Shown: one piece after another, positions 8,788 through 18,008 of the stretch
How positions within the stretch are numbered: the first letter of the stretch is position 1
Layout of the letters: each line of letters begins with the position of its first letter
Position numbers and translations under genes: made by a program
Notes under the pieces: generated by a model
What the model was told of the DNA's origin: nothing
What the model saw: only the letters and a program-made list of their open reading frames with translations
The model's database searches: none
Virus record (IMG/VR): IMGVR_UViG_2721755721_000001
Length of the DNA: 64,000 nt
Direction: 5' to 3' (one strand)
Source of the DNA: a virus
Lineage: Duplodnaviria; Heunggongvirae; Uroviricota; Caudoviricetes

Positions 8788-10122
8788 TTAATTGATAATG
8801 TTAATACCTGATAAGTCATAAGGAGCATGGAATTCGTCCTTATTTAGTTCCAGATAATTAGACCACCATTGCATCATTCTGCGGCGTTCCTGCATGTGCT
8901 GCGCAAGATGCACATATGCTGCCCGCACTTCGTTTCTTTCTTGGTGACTCATCTGCCGTTCAACTGCATCGCGTGACCAGAGTCCTGATTCGGTCAGTGC
9001 AGAGCAGGCCATCGCCCTGAACCCATGCAAGCAAACATCAGTTTGAGTGTCGTAACCCATCGTTCGCAGTGCTTTATTAACTGTGTTTTCGCTCATCGGT
9101 TTATATGGGTTGCTGTCACCGGGAAAAACCAGCAGATATTCACCACTGATTTTCCTTATATCCTCCAGTACCCCGATAGCCTGACTAGATAGCGGGACAT
9201 AATGAGCAGCCCCCATCTTTGCACCCCGATCTGAGAATTTAACCCCTGCGATCTCTTCACGTTGTCCTGGTATCGTCCATAGCCCATTTTCAATGTCGAT
9301 CTCCTCCCATCTGGCATGTCGTAGTTCGCTGGATCGCACAAAAGTGTGCAGGGAAAAGAGAACTGCTAGGCGAGTCAATGGTCTTCCCGTGTAACTTCTC
9401 GTTTTCGCTAACAGTTCAGGTAAACGTTCGAGAGGTAGTGCGGGGCGATGTCGTACTTTGGGGGCCGTAATTGCACCTTTTAGATCGTGGGCAGGGTTGT
9501 AATCGACAATTCCACGTTGCACGGCATAACGGAAGATGCTCGTCATAGTGGTTTTTACACGGCTCGTTGTGGCACCAATTCCTTTCTCAGTCATCTCAAC
9601 CAGCATCGGCATCAAGTCACGGGTTTTGAGCGTATCGATAGGCTTTGAACCGATGGCAGGAAAGAGGTGGTTTTCCATTTCTCGGAGAATTTTTTTACGG
9701 GTGATCTCTTTCCACTCAGGATGCCCCATCGTTCCACTATGCCACTCTCTGGCAACACTCTCGAACGTGGGGGAAATTGGGTCTTCCTTTTTGGGTTTCT
9801 TTGCTTCGCGAGGATCACGACCATCGGCTAGTAGTTGCCTGGCTTCATCACGCCGTTTCCGCGCTGTTGCAAGTGAGACATCTGGGTAGACCCCTAATGC
9901 CAATGTCACTTGTTTTCCATCAAAACGATAATTCATACGCCAGTATTTTCCACCAGTCTTTCGTACCAGTAGATACAAACTCCCTCCATCGGTAAGTTTG
10001 TAATCATTGGTCTTCGGCTTGGCGTTTTCTATCTGTTTGGGGGAAAGCACATTAATGGCCATATCTGTACTCATTTTGGTAAATTGATGGTATCTGCATA
10101 TCGAACTGGGGAATACCATCAC
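8788..10122 (-). CDS. int: tyrosine integrase, P4-type
   Basis: 444 aa; N-terminal arm-binding-like region (LTDGGSLYLLVRKTGGKYWRMNYRFDGK); C-terminal catalytic region with HGFRAMACSAL and late Tyr. Confidence 0.9.
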   Translation of the reverse strand: MMVFPSSICRYHQFTKMSTDMAINVLSPKQIENAKPKTNDYKLTDGGSLYLLVRKTGGKYWRMNYRFDGKQVTLALGVYPDVSLATARKRRDEARQLLADGRDPREAKKPKKEDPISPTFESVAREWHSGTMGHPEWKEITRKKILREMENHLFPAIGSKPIDTLKTRDLMPMLVEMTEKGIGATTSRVKTTMTSIFRYAVQRGIVDYNPAHDLKGAITAPKVRHRPALPLERLPELLAKTRSYTGRPLTRLAVLFSLHTFVRSSELRHARWEEIDIENGLWTIPGQREEIAGVKFSDRGAKMGAAHYVPLSSQAIGVLEDIRKISGEYLLVFPGDSNPYKPMSENTVNKALRTMGYDTQTDVCLHGFRAMACSALTESGLWSRDAVERQMSHQERNEVRAAYVHLAQHMQERRRMMQWWSNYLELNKDEFHAPYDLSGINIIN

Positions 10123-10334
10123 TTATACCATCACGAGGTTGTAATGTCATGAAATTAACTGAAATGAAAATCAGGCCGATTCGGTGATAACTTACTGTTT
10201 TTTTAAGTGGTTATGTAATGAAGTGAAATGTAGAGAAAGGTCTTTAAAGTGTCCCCTGCAGACATCTACTTGAGGCAGCAGGGGATTGATTGGAATGGTG
10301 TTTTTTAGGTGTGAGAAATATTTTACCCGCTATT

Positions 10335-10535
10335 TTACCCATTGGCGCGGCTTAAGAGCTTATTTTTGAATTCACAATGGTCACGATATAACCATCTTGC
10401 TCGACCGTGGATAACTTTGGCTTTTGGCAGGTCGCCGGACTTAATCCGGTCGTAGATGAAGGTTTTACCAAAGCCAGTATCGGCCATGATGAATTTCAAA
10501 TCAACCAGTGAATCAGGTTGTAGTTCGTGTTGCAT
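10335..10535 (-). CDS. AlpA/Xis-family excisionase-like HTH protein
   Basis: 66 aa, FIMADTGFGKTFIYDRIKSGDLPKAKVIHGRARWLYRD pattern; immediately upstream of int. Confidence 0.6.
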   Translation of the reverse strand: MQHELQPDSLVDLKFIMADTGFGKTFIYDRIKSGDLPKAKVIHGRARWLYRDHCEFKNKLLSRANG

Positions 10536-10577
10536 GAGTGCTATCTCCGAATAGGGAATCGAACCTGCAAATCAGGC

Positions 10578-10600
10578 AAGAAAAAACCGCCATCAGGCGG
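10578..10600 (-). terminator. intrinsic terminator between early-left genes and xis-like gene
   Basis: minus strand CCGCC-TGAT-GGCGG then TTTTTTCTT. Confidence 0.55.
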
Positions 10601-10666
10601 CTTGGTGTTCTTTCAGTTCTTCAATTCGAATATTGGTTACATTGTTTTCATATATGAATAAATAAA

Positions 10667-10879
10667 TTAGCTTTTTTCGTTGCCTTCGCGTTCTTTATTA
10701 ATTTTGACAAAATCGTTTTTACCACGCTCTCCAAATGCGTCTTTAGAGTCGTTGTATCCGCAATCGCAGCACACATAATCATCAGACCATCCACGCATTG
10801 TTTTTTCTTTTGCAATATTTCCAGAACCGCATTTTGGACAAGACATATCACTACCTCCAAAGCATGAGAGAGATGACAA
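10667..10879 (-). CDS. small zinc-ribbon protein
   Basis: CPKCGSG...CCDCGY four-Cys motif; start may be internal MSCPKCG. Confidence 0.5.
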   Translation of the reverse strand: MSSLSCFGGSDMSCPKCGSGNIAKEKTMRGWSDDYVCCDCGYNDSKDAFGERGKNDFVKINKEREGNEKS

Positions 10880-10942
10880 CGTAACATTGATTGGAGATTA
10901 ACAATAGATTGCTGATGTAAAAGATATGTATAAGCTTAGCTA

Positions 10943-11317
10943 TCAAAGGGGAGGCTCTGGTAGCGGCATCCAGTGTGACGGTTTCCACGACGCACCAGGA
11001 ATTATCCACCCATCATTAGCGTCAGGATGCCCCGGGATGTAAGTCGCCCATTTCATTCGCCAGTCACCTTTCCTGTCAAACTCCCTGGCAACAAGAACGG
11101 CTGTTTTGGTATCCGGCATTCGCTCACTACAGCTTATCCAACCATCAGGAGTTACCGGAGAGTTGCCGGGTTCTTTAATGTGCAAGCGAGGCTCACCATC
11201 TTTTGGCTCAGGCCACTGGCGCTCCATGTTGATCTTCAATTTATCTTCCATAGCAGCGGTAATTTCAGCATCGCTGATGCCAGCACGGCGCTGTGCATCC
11301 CACAACAGGAAATGCAT
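10943..11317 (-). CDS. DUF551-like phage protein
   Basis: Trp-rich C-terminal pattern as recalled for DUF551; in frame with the upstream ORF across a TAG. Confidence 0.5.
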   Translation of the reverse strand: MHFLLWDAQRRAGISDAEITAAMEDKLKINMERQWPEPKDGEPRLHIKEPGNSPVTPDGWISCSERMPDTKTAVLVAREFDRKGDWRMKWATYIPGHPDANDGWIIPGASWKPSHWMPLPEPPL

Positions 11318-11326
11318 ATCAGCCCA

Positions 11327-11572
11327 CTAGCTGAGATCGTCTGGTTCGGCTGCGGCTTCCAGAGCCTCTTTTGAGAGGTGTTTCAGTGGACCAATGGGGC
11401 CAACGCAGCCAAATGTGGAGTCAGACCATTTGGCATGCTCGTGGCGAATCAGTTCGCGTTCCAGTGATGCCAGTGCAATTCGTGCCAGTTCCATTTGTTC
11501 GCCACGAGTAAGCCCGTTTTCAAGCGGATTTTTAATGAACAATTCAATACGTTCTTTGGTAATAGTGGTCAT
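11327..11572 (-). CDS. hypothetical protein, 81 aa (possibly N-terminal part of a gene interrupted by an amber codon)
   Basis: ORF ends at TAG 11327-11329; same frame continues 9 nt later into the DUF551 ORF. Confidence 0.4.
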   Translation of the reverse strand: MTTITKERIELFIKNPLENGLTRGEQMELARIALASLERELIRHEHAKWSDSTFGCVGPIGPLKHLSKEALEAAAEPDDLS

Positions 11573-11582
11573 TTGTTAGTCC

Positions 11583-12338
11583 TTAAACTGCTAGTTGCAA
11601 TTGCATTTCAAAGCGGTCGCGTTGTTCACAATACGCAAGAGAACCAGGGCTATTGTGTGCCTCAATCCGTTCTACCATTAATGCTGCGCGTGTCTCTTTA
11701 CTTGCAGGTGCATAAGCCCCAGACCAGGCTTTATCAATACCGATGTTTCGAGCGACGTTCGTACTATCTGCGCTGGCTAAGGGTAATTTTGTGAATATCA
11801 GCGGATTTAACATGCGCAATCCATGTAGTTTCGTAACCGGCTGACCATGCCCATCAACAATGTGACGAATCAGGTCTTTCATTCTGGCTACCGCAAGAGT
11901 TGGGCGCTTTACGTCATAGTCGCCACAACTACCGATAGCCACTCGCGGAAACTCATTGCACAAATGAATAAATCGCGCGTCACTTTCATTCATGTGCCAC
12001 ACTGGAACGCCAGCTAGTTTTCCGTGAGGCCACTCATTCAGAAGCGCATCATTTTCCTCCTCTCCGCCATCAATAATATCCGGGATAATGGCAAAATCGA
12101 ATCCTGGGTGATTCTTCCAGCGAGCAACAAACTCGTAGTAATCGCTCCAGTCGATTTTGTTTTTGCCAGCTGCTTTCCAGGCGGTGAATGCACCGTTGTC
12201 CAGCGCGAACGACTGACAGTATTCAGCCGCGAGATTGATCTGGCCTGAATGCGCAAAACTGATAAACGCATGTCGCCCTTTCCATGCTCTCATTGCGCAC
12301 GTATCAGGAGTAATAGGCCCACCGTGGTAGTGAATCAT
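11583..12338 (-). CDS. conserved hypothetical early-left protein, about 251 aa
   Basis: ORF; likely start MIHYHGGPITP at 12338; family not recognised. Confidence 0.5.
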   Translation of the reverse strand: MIHYHGGPITPDTCAMRAWKGRHAFISFAHSGQINLAAEYCQSFALDNGAFTAWKAAGKNKIDWSDYYEFVARWKNHPGFDFAIIPDIIDGGEEENDALLNEWPHGKLAGVPVWHMNESDARFIHLCNEFPRVAIGSCGDYDVKRPTLAVARMKDLIRHIVDGHGQPVTKLHGLRMLNPLIFTKLPLASADSTNVARNIGIDKAWSGAYAPASKETRAALMVERIEAHNSPGSLAYCEQRDRFEMQLQLAV

Positions 12339-12339
12339 C

Positions 12340-12747
12340 TCACTCTCCTTTGATGCGAATGCCAGTAGCGCGGATTGCATCGATGACTTCAGAAACTTTG
12401 TATGCCATTACCGTTTGGTAATCATCGTGAAAATCTGTTCGATGAAGCATGCTGCTACGTTCCGGGAGCAGTATTTCCCGCGCTTCCAGTTCTGCAATGC
12501 GCTTTTTTGCTGCTTCCAGTTCATCCAGTAATTCCAGCACGGTAGCCGGATTAGCCTTGGCAACAAAATCCCGGACTGGCTTACAATCAATCTCCGCAAT
12601 GGGTTGATACGATGTGTAGCCATGCTGTCTTGTATAACTACCGTGACGAATAACGAAAAAATCACCATTTATTTTTTTAGCCTGCCACTTATCTTCACCG
12701 GCTTTCTCTGCCGCTTCACGCAGTGCCTGAGAGTTAATTTCGCTCAC
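12340..12747 (-). CDS. Ead/Ea22-like protein
   Basis: PATVLELLDELEAAKKRIAELEA coiled-coil motif typical of Ead/Ea22-like proteins as recalled. Confidence 0.5.
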   Translation of the reverse strand: MSEINSQALREAAEKAGEDKWQAKKINGDFFVIRHGSYTRQHGYTSYQPIAEIDCKPVRDFVAKANPATVLELLDELEAAKKRIAELEAREILLPERSSMLHRTDFHDDYQTVMAYKVSEVIDAIRATGIRIKGE

Positions 12748-12965
12748 TTCGAACCTCTCTGTTTACTGATAAGCTCCAGATCCTCCTGGCAACTTGCACA
12801 AGTCCGACAACCCTGAACGGCCAAGCGTCTTCGTTCATCTATCGGATCGCCACACTCACAACAATGAGTGGCAGATATAGCCTGGTGGTTCAGGCGGCGC
12901 ATTTTTATTGCTGTGCTGCGCTGTAATTCTTCAATTTCTGATGCTGAATCAATGATGTCTGCCAT
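12744..12965 (-). CDS. TraR/DksA-type C4 zinc-finger protein
   Basis: CCECGDPI...CRTCASC motif. Confidence 0.6.
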   Translation of the reverse strand: MADIIDSASEIEELQRSTAIKMRRLNHQAISATHCCECGDPIDERRRLAVQGCRTCASCQEDLELISKQRGSK

Positions 12966-13063
12966 CTTTCATTAATCCCTGAATTGTTGGTTAATACGCT
13001 TGAGGGTAAATGCGAGCAATAAAAAAGGAGCCTGTAGCTCCCTGATAATTTTGTTTTTCATGT

Positions 13064-13345
13064 TCATCGTTCCTTAAAGACGCCGTTTAACATGCCGATT
13101 GCCAGGCTTAAATGAGTCGGTGTGAATCCCATCAGCGTTACCGTTTCGCGGTGCTTCTTCAGTACGCCACGGCAAATGTCATCGACGTTTTTATCCGGAA
13201 ACTGCTGTCTGGCTTTTTTGATTTCAGAATTAGCCTGACGGGCAATACTGCGAAGGGCGTTTTCTTGCTGAGGTGTCATTGAACAAGCCCCATGTCGGCA
13301 AGCATAAGCACACAGAATATGAAGCCCGCTGCCAGAAAAATGCAT
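13064..13345 (-). CDS. hypothetical protein
   Basis: ORF in early-left operon; start likely internal. Confidence 0.35.
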   Translation of the reverse strand: MHFSGSGLHILCAYACRHGACSMTPQQENALRSIARQANSEIKKARQQFPDKNVDDICRGVLKKHRETVTLMGFTPTHLSLAIGMLNGVFKER

Positions 13346-13355
13346 TCAGTGGTTG

Positions 13356-13547
13356 TCATACCTGGTCTCTCTCATCTGCTTCTGCTTTCGCCACCATCAT
13401 TTCCAGCTTTTGTGAAAGGGATGTGGCTAACGTATGAAATTCTTCGTCTGTTTCTACTGGTATTGGCACAAACCTGACTCCAATTTGAGCAAGGCTATGT
13501 GCCATCTCAATGCTCGTTCTTAACTCAACAGGAGATGCTTTGTGCAT
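13356..13547 (-). CDS. hypothetical small protein
   Basis: ORF in early-left operon. Confidence 0.35.
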   Translation of the reverse strand: MHKASPVELRTSIEMAHSLAQIGVRFVPIPVETDEEFHTLATSLSQKLEMMVAKAEADERDQV

Positions 13548-13708
13548 ACAGCCCCTCGTTTATTATTTATCTCCTCAGCCAGCCGCTGGGCTTTCAGTGG
13601 ATTTTGGATAACAGAAAGGTCGGGAAATACCCAGCCTCGCTTTGTAACGGAGTAGACGAAAGTGATCGCACCTACCCGGATATTATCGTGAGGATGCTTC
13701 ATCGCCAT
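13520..13708 (-). CDS. hypothetical small protein
   Basis: ORF directly upstream of exo. Confidence 0.35.
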   Translation of the reverse strand: MAMKHPHDNIRVGAITFVYSVTKRGWVFPDLSVIQNPLKAQRLAEEINNKRGAVCTKHLLLS

Positions 13709-14379
13709 TGCTCCCCAAATACAAAACCAATTTCAGCCAGTGCCTCGTCCATTTTTTCGATGAACTCCGGCACCATCTCGTCAAAACCCGCCATGTACTT
13801 TTCATCCCGCTCAACCACGACATAATGCAGTCCTTCACGCTTCATACGCGGGTCATAGTTGGCAAAGTACCAGGCATCTTTTCGCGTCACCCACATGCTG
13901 TACTGCACCTGGGCCATGTAAGCTGACTTTATGGCCTCGAAACCACCGAGCCGGAACTTCATGAAATCCCGGGAGGTAAACGGGCATTTCAGTTCAAGGC
14001 CGTTGCCGTCACTGCATAAACCATCTGGAGAGCAGGCGGTACGCATACTTTCGTCGCGATAGATGATCGGTGATTCAGTAACATTCACGCCGGAAGTGAA
14101 CTCAAACAGGGCTCTGGCGTCGTTCTCGTACTGTTTTCCCCAGGCCAGCGCTTTAGCGTTAACTTCCGGAGCCACACCGGTGCAAACCTCAGCAAGCAGG
14201 GTGTGGAAGTAGGACATTTTCATGTCAGGCCACTTTTTTCCGGAGCGGGGTTTTGCTATTACGTTATGAACTTCTGAAGCTGTGATGACGCCGAGCCGTA
14301 ATTTGTGCCACGCATCATCCCCCTGTTCGACAGCTCTCACGTCGATCCCGGTACGCTGCAGGATAATGTCCGGTGTCAT
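13699..14379 (-). CDS. exo: lambda exonuclease (Red alpha)
   Basis: 226 aa, near-identical to lambda Exo as recalled ([40 protein letters not shown]...). Confidence 0.95.
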   Translation of the reverse strand: MTPDIILQRTGIDVRAVEQGDDAWHKLRLGVITASEVHNVIAKPRSGKKWPDMKMSYFHTLLAEVCTGVAPEVNAKALAWGKQYENDARALFEFTSGVNVTESPIIYRDESMRTACSPDGLCSDGNGLELKCPFTSRDFMKFRLGGFEAIKSAYMAQVQYSMWVTRKDAWYFANYDPRMKREGLHYVVVERDEKYMAGFDEMVPEFIEKMDEALAEIGFVFGEQWR

Positions 14380-15161
14380 GCTGCCACCTTCTGCTCAGTG
14401 GCTTTCTGTTTCAGGAATCCAAGAGCTTTCACTGCTTCGGCCTGTGTCAGTTCTGACGATGCGCGAATGTCGCGGCGAAATATCTGGGAACAGAGCGGCA
14501 ATAAGTCGTCATCCCATGTTTTATCCAGGGCGATTAGCAGAGTGTTAATCTCCTGCATGGTTTCATCGTTAACCGGAGTGATGTCGCGTTCCGGCTGGCG
14601 TTCTGCAGTGTATGCAGTATTTTCGACAATGCGCTCGGCTTCATCCTTGTCATAGATACCAGCAAATCCGAAGGCCAGACGGGCACACTGAATCATGGCT
14701 TTATGCCGTAACATCCGTTTAGGATGCGACTGCCACGGCCCCGTGATTTCTCTGCCTTCGCGAGTTTTGAATGGTTCGCGGCGGCATTCATCCATCCATT
14801 CGGTAACGCAGATCGGATGATTACGGTCCTTGCGGTAAATCCGGCATGTACAGGATTCATTGTCCTGCTCAAAGTCCATGCCATCAAACTGCTGGTTTTC
14901 ATTGATGATGCGGGACCAGCCATCAACGCCCACCACCGGAACGATGCCGTTCTGCTTATCAGGGAAGGCGTAAATTTCTTTCGTCCACGGATTAAGGCCG
15001 TACTGGTTGGCGACGATCAACAATGCGATGAACTGCGCATCGCTGGCATCGCCTTTAAATGCCGTCTGGCGAAGAGTGGCGATCAGTTCCTGTGGGTCGA
15101 CAGAATCCATGCCGACACGTTCAGCCAGCTTCCCTGCCAGCGTTGCGAGTGCTGTACTCAT
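14376..15161 (-). CDS. bet: lambda Bet single-strand annealing protein (Red beta)
   Basis: 261 aa, near-identical to lambda Bet as recalled. Confidence 0.95.
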   Translation of the reverse strand: MSTALATLAGKLAERVGMDSVDPQELIATLRQTAFKGDASDAQFIALLIVANQYGLNPWTKEIYAFPDKQNGIVPVVGVDGWSRIINENQQFDGMDFEQDNESCTCRIYRKDRNHPICVTEWMDECRREPFKTREGREITGPWQSHPKRMLRHKAMIQCARLAFGFAGIYDKDEAERIVENTAYTAERQPERDITPVNDETMQEINTLLIALDKTWDDDLLPLCSQIFRRDIRASSELTQAEAVKALGFLKQKATEQKVAA

Positions 15162-15185
15162 CCGTTTTATACCTCTGAATCAATA

Positions 15186-15584
15186 TCAACCTGGATGGTG
15201 AGCAATGGTTTCAACCATGTACCGGATGTGTTCTGCCATGCGCTCCTGAAACTCAACATCGTCATCAAACGCACGGGTAATGGCTTTTTTGCTGGCCCCG
15301 TGGCGTTGCAAATGATCGATGCATAGCGATTCAAACAGGTGCTGGGGCAGGCCTTTTTCCATGTCGTCTGCCAGTTCTGCCTCTTTCTCTTCACGGGCGA
15401 TCTGCTGGTAGTGACGCGCCCAGCTCTGAGCCTCAAGACGATCCTGAATGTAATAAGCGTTCATGGCTGAACTCCTGAAATAGCTGTGAAAATATCGCCC
15501 GCGAAATGCCAGGCTGATTAGGAAAACAGGAAAGGGGGTTAGTGAATGCTTTTGCTTGATCTCAGTTTCAGCATTAATATCCAT
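15186..15584 (-). CDS. gam: lambda Gam (RecBCD inhibitor) with altered C-terminus
   Basis: near-identical to lambda Gam up to ...ETIAHH, then PG-stop instead of QVDIDSEV; 1-nt insertion in a GG run near 15193 explains it. Confidence 0.85.
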   Translation of the reverse strand: MDINAETEIKQKHSLTPFPVFLISLAFRGRYFHSYFRSSAMNAYYIQDRLEAQSWARHYQQIAREEKEAELADDMEKGLPQHLFESLCIDHLQRHGASKKAITRAFDDDVEFQERMAEHIRYMVETIAHHPG

Positions 15585-15682
15585 TTTTTATAAGCGTCGA
15601 CGGCTTCACGAAACATCTTTTCATCGCCAATAAAAGTGGCGATAGTGAATTTAGTCTGGATAGCCATAAGTGTTTGATCCAT
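15539..15682 (-). CDS. kil: Kil host-killing protein
   Basis: 47 aa [47 protein letters not shown] matches lambda Kil. Confidence 0.85.
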   Translation of the reverse strand: MDQTLMAIQTKFTIATFIGDEKMFREAVDAYKKWILMLKLRSSKSIH

Positions 15683-15815
15683 TCTTTGGGACTCCTGGCT
15701 GATTAAGTATGTCGATAAGGCGTTTCCATCCGTCACGTAATTTACGGGTGATTCGTTCAAGTAAAGATTCGGAAGGGCAGCCAGCAACAGGCCACCCTGC
15801 AATGGCATATTGCAT
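15651..15815 (-). CDS. cIII: cIII (FtsH inhibitor)
   Basis: 54 aa [54 protein letters not shown] matches lambda cIII. Confidence 0.9.
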   Translation of the reverse strand: MQYAIAGWPVAGCPSESLLERITRKLRDGWKRLIDILNQPGVPKNGSNTYGYPD

Positions 15816-15887
15816 GGTGTGCTCCTTATTTATACATAACGAAAAACGCCTCGAGTGAAGCGTTATTGGTATGCGGTAAAGCCGCAC

Positions 15888-16256
15888 TCAGGCGGCCTTG
15901 ATAGTCATATCATCTGAATCAAATATTCCTGATGTATCGATATCGGTAATTCTTATTCCTTCGCTACCATCCATTGGAGGCCATCCTTCCTGACCATTTC
16001 CATCATTCCAGTCGAACTCACACACAACACCATATGCATTTAAGTCGCTTGAAATTGCTATAAGCAGAGCATGTTGCGCCAGCATGATTAATACAGCATT
16101 TAATACAGAGCCGTGTTTATTGAGTCGGTATTCAGAGTCTGACCAGAAATTATTAATCTGGTGAAGTTTTTCCTCTGTCATTACGTCATGGTCGATTTCA
16201 ATTTCTATTGATGCTTTCCAGTCGTAATCAATGATGTATTTTTTGATGTTTGACAT
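15888..16256 (-). CDS. ea10: Ea10-like early protein
   Basis: 122 aa, same size and position as lambda Ea10. Confidence 0.7.
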   Translation of the reverse strand: MSNIKKYIIDYDWKASIEIEIDHDVMTEEKLHQINNFWSDSEYRLNKHGSVLNAVLIMLAQHALLIAISSDLNAYGVVCEFDWNDGNGQEGWPPMDGSEGIRITDIDTSGIFDSDDMTIKAA

Positions 16257-16436
16257 CTGTTCATATCCTCATAGATAAAAAATCGCCCTCACACTGGAGG
16301 GCAAAGAAGATTTCCAATAATCAGAACAAGTCGGCTCCTGTTTAGTTACGAGCGACATTGCTCCGTGTATTCACTCGTTGGAATGAATACACAGTGCTGT
16401 GTTTATTCTGTTGTTTATGCCAAAAATAAAGGCCGA

Positions 16437-17060
16437 CTATGCGGCCTCGGAAGGAAGTCCAATCATCTTATTCAAATCTTCTACCCGTAAAGCAGGAAGT
16501 GCTGTACTTGCTTTATCTGCTTCTTTTGGTAGCAATTCTTTGCTTTCAGGCCAAACTTCAATAAGTCGCTTAACTGTTGTTACTGAGTTCAAAGCAGCCC
16601 ATACATTTGATTCGATATCCTTTTTCCTGGCTTCAAGTTTTTGTTGCAATGCGCAGATTTCATCAAACCTTTTTGTTATTTCGTGTTCTGCGTTAAACAT
16701 GCATTTATCTCTGTTAGGAGTAGGGAGCAATATATCTTCGCCGTTACCGTCTTTTCCATATGAATACCAGCCAACCCTTCTGCCAGATACAGTCAGATAA
16801 ATTGAAGTAGAACGAACATCGTATGAGTAAAATGAACATCCCATCTTTTCAAGTTCTTCACTTATAGCCATTAATCTGGATGATAACTGATCCACTTCTT
16901 CAGTTTTCTTTTTACCGCCAAACGCAACAACTCTGGCGTCAAGTGCAAGCCGGTTCTTTAACTTTGTTACTTCTTCAAGTTCGGTGAAAACCCCGGACTT
17001 AATTAAAGCGTTACGAGCGATATCCTCTTTCATTCTCGTAGTTAAGCGGATTGATGACAT
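16437..17060 (-). CDS. hypothetical protein, about 207 aa, in the ral/sieB slot downstream of N
   Basis: ORF; ATG at 17058-17060 with RBS GAGAGG is preferred over the TTG at 17120; no TM segment; no family recognised. Confidence 0.55.
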   Translation of the reverse strand: MSSIRLTTRMKEDIARNALIKSGVFTELEEVTKLKNRLALDARVVAFGGKKKTEEVDQLSSRLMAISEELEKMGCSFYSYDVRSTSIYLTVSGRRVGWYSYGKDGNGEDILLPTPNRDKCMFNAEHEITKRFDEICALQQKLEARKKDIESNVWAALNSVTTVKRLIEVWPESKELLPKEADKASTALPALRVEDLNKMIGLPSEAA

Positions 17061-17121
17061 ATTAATTCCTCTCAAATAAGTGGTTTGCTGCCTGATTTCA
17101 TTTTCTGGTGACCAACACAAG

Positions 17122-17505
17122 TCATCTTGCTGTCAGTTGTTTTGATTTCCGGTAGCCTGCCGCGTAAATGGCTACGTTTGGAAGACATACACCAGTTTCT
17201 GGTTGCTTATGTCCAAACTCATTCGCGTACACAATGGCCGCTCGCTCCAGATTGCGTCTGTATTCTTTCTGTTGCCAGATCACGTCCTGTGCCATGAACT
17301 TAATTGGCTTAGCGTCTTCTATGCGCTCAGGCGTTTCGTGAGTACCTTTAGCCTGAATCTGCGCTCTGCTTAGAGTAGGGCGGTGTAATACTTCTGAACT
17401 TATTGCTTCTTCGCGGGCCAGTACGCCGTTAGCTAATGCCTTTGCCTTTAAACGCTCACGACGACGAGAACGTGAATTGCCTTTGAACTGAGTTCTGCGT
17501 GTCAT
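17122..17505 (-). CDS. N: N-like antitermination protein
   Basis: Arg-rich N-terminal motif GNSRSRRRERLKAKA resembling the lambda N ARM; first gene leftward of the pL region. Confidence 0.7.
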   Translation of the reverse strand: MTRRTQFKGNSRSRRRERLKAKALANGVLAREEAISSEVLHRPTLSRAQIQAKGTHETPERIEDAKPIKFMAQDVIWQQKEYRRNLERAAIVYANEFGHKQPETGVCLPNVAIYAAGYRKSKQLTAR

Positions 17506-17761
17506 ATAGACCTCCTGATGAACTTTGGTGGTGTGGTAGGTGGGAGACCCATTTCGACCTGTTTCGGCCTACTTCAATTCGGCAATAGTCCCGCAGGCCT
17601 CGCCGCTTTACGTGCGACATATTCCCGTCCATGAACCCTTCACCACACCCCAAAGTTCACTTTGGTTATTGCGCTTTGTCAGCGCCGTAGATTCATATTC
17701 GAATCGTTGTATATTCACCGCCCTGGTGAGTAATGCGTCCTGCTGACGACGATAATAATGA

Positions 17762-17794
17762 ACCAATAGTTCGACATTATTAAGAACTATTGGT
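17762..17794. promoter_or_regulatory. 33-bp palindrome (11-bp perfect arms ACCAATAGTTC / GAACTATTGGT, 11-bp spacer) in the pL/oL region
   Basis: perfect inverted repeat between N and the rex-slot gene. Confidence 0.4.
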
Positions 17795-17969
17795 ACGAAT
17801 TTTGGTGATTTATTAACTCTACGAAGTATGATTCTGATATATAAGGAAATTTATTTTTGAAAATGTGGCTGATGAAGGTTATGCGGCAGGGATCATAACT
17901 GCATGGTTTAGCGAGTTACATCAACAAATACAATTGGTTATGGTGTTTTTAGGTGGGGGATCGAGAGGC

Positions 17970-17995
17970 AAAGAAAACCCGGCTCGGTGGCCGGG
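17970..17995 (-). terminator. intrinsic terminator after the rex-slot gene
   Basis: minus strand CCCGGCCACCGAGCCGGG then TTTTCTT, 14 nt past the ORF stop. Confidence 0.55.
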
Positions 17996-18008
17996 GTTAG
18001 ATTTTCTG

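Larger units (their letters stand above)
1..10122 (-). mobile_element. P4/PICI-like phage satellite module; left boundary beyond window, right boundary uncertain
   Basis: co-oriented minus-strand set: int, cargo, alpA, small ORFs, primase/helicase, two late ORFs, ogr-like; iteron cluster next to primase; no att repeat identifiable in window. Confidence 0.6.

Noticed and set aside
10540-10575. tRNA-like T-arm sequence (reverse complement GCAGGTTCGATTCC) next to the xis-like gene, considered as a tRNA gene or att core
   Set aside because: Flanking bases cannot form a T-stem or acceptor stem and there is no CCA-proximal acceptor sequence; no matching direct repeat elsewhere in the window
15167-15436. 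89-aa ORF listed separately downstream of gam
   Set aside because: It is the out-of-frame continuation of gam created by the 1-nt indel; only its last 10 codons correspond to the lambda Gam C-terminus
17506-17760. Looked for nutL boxA/boxB upstream of N
   Set aside because: No convincing boxA (CGCTCTTA-like) plus boxB hairpin found on the minus strand; an inverted repeat ACTTTGGTGGTGTGG / CCACACCCCAAAGT (17521-17662) is present but I cannot assign it
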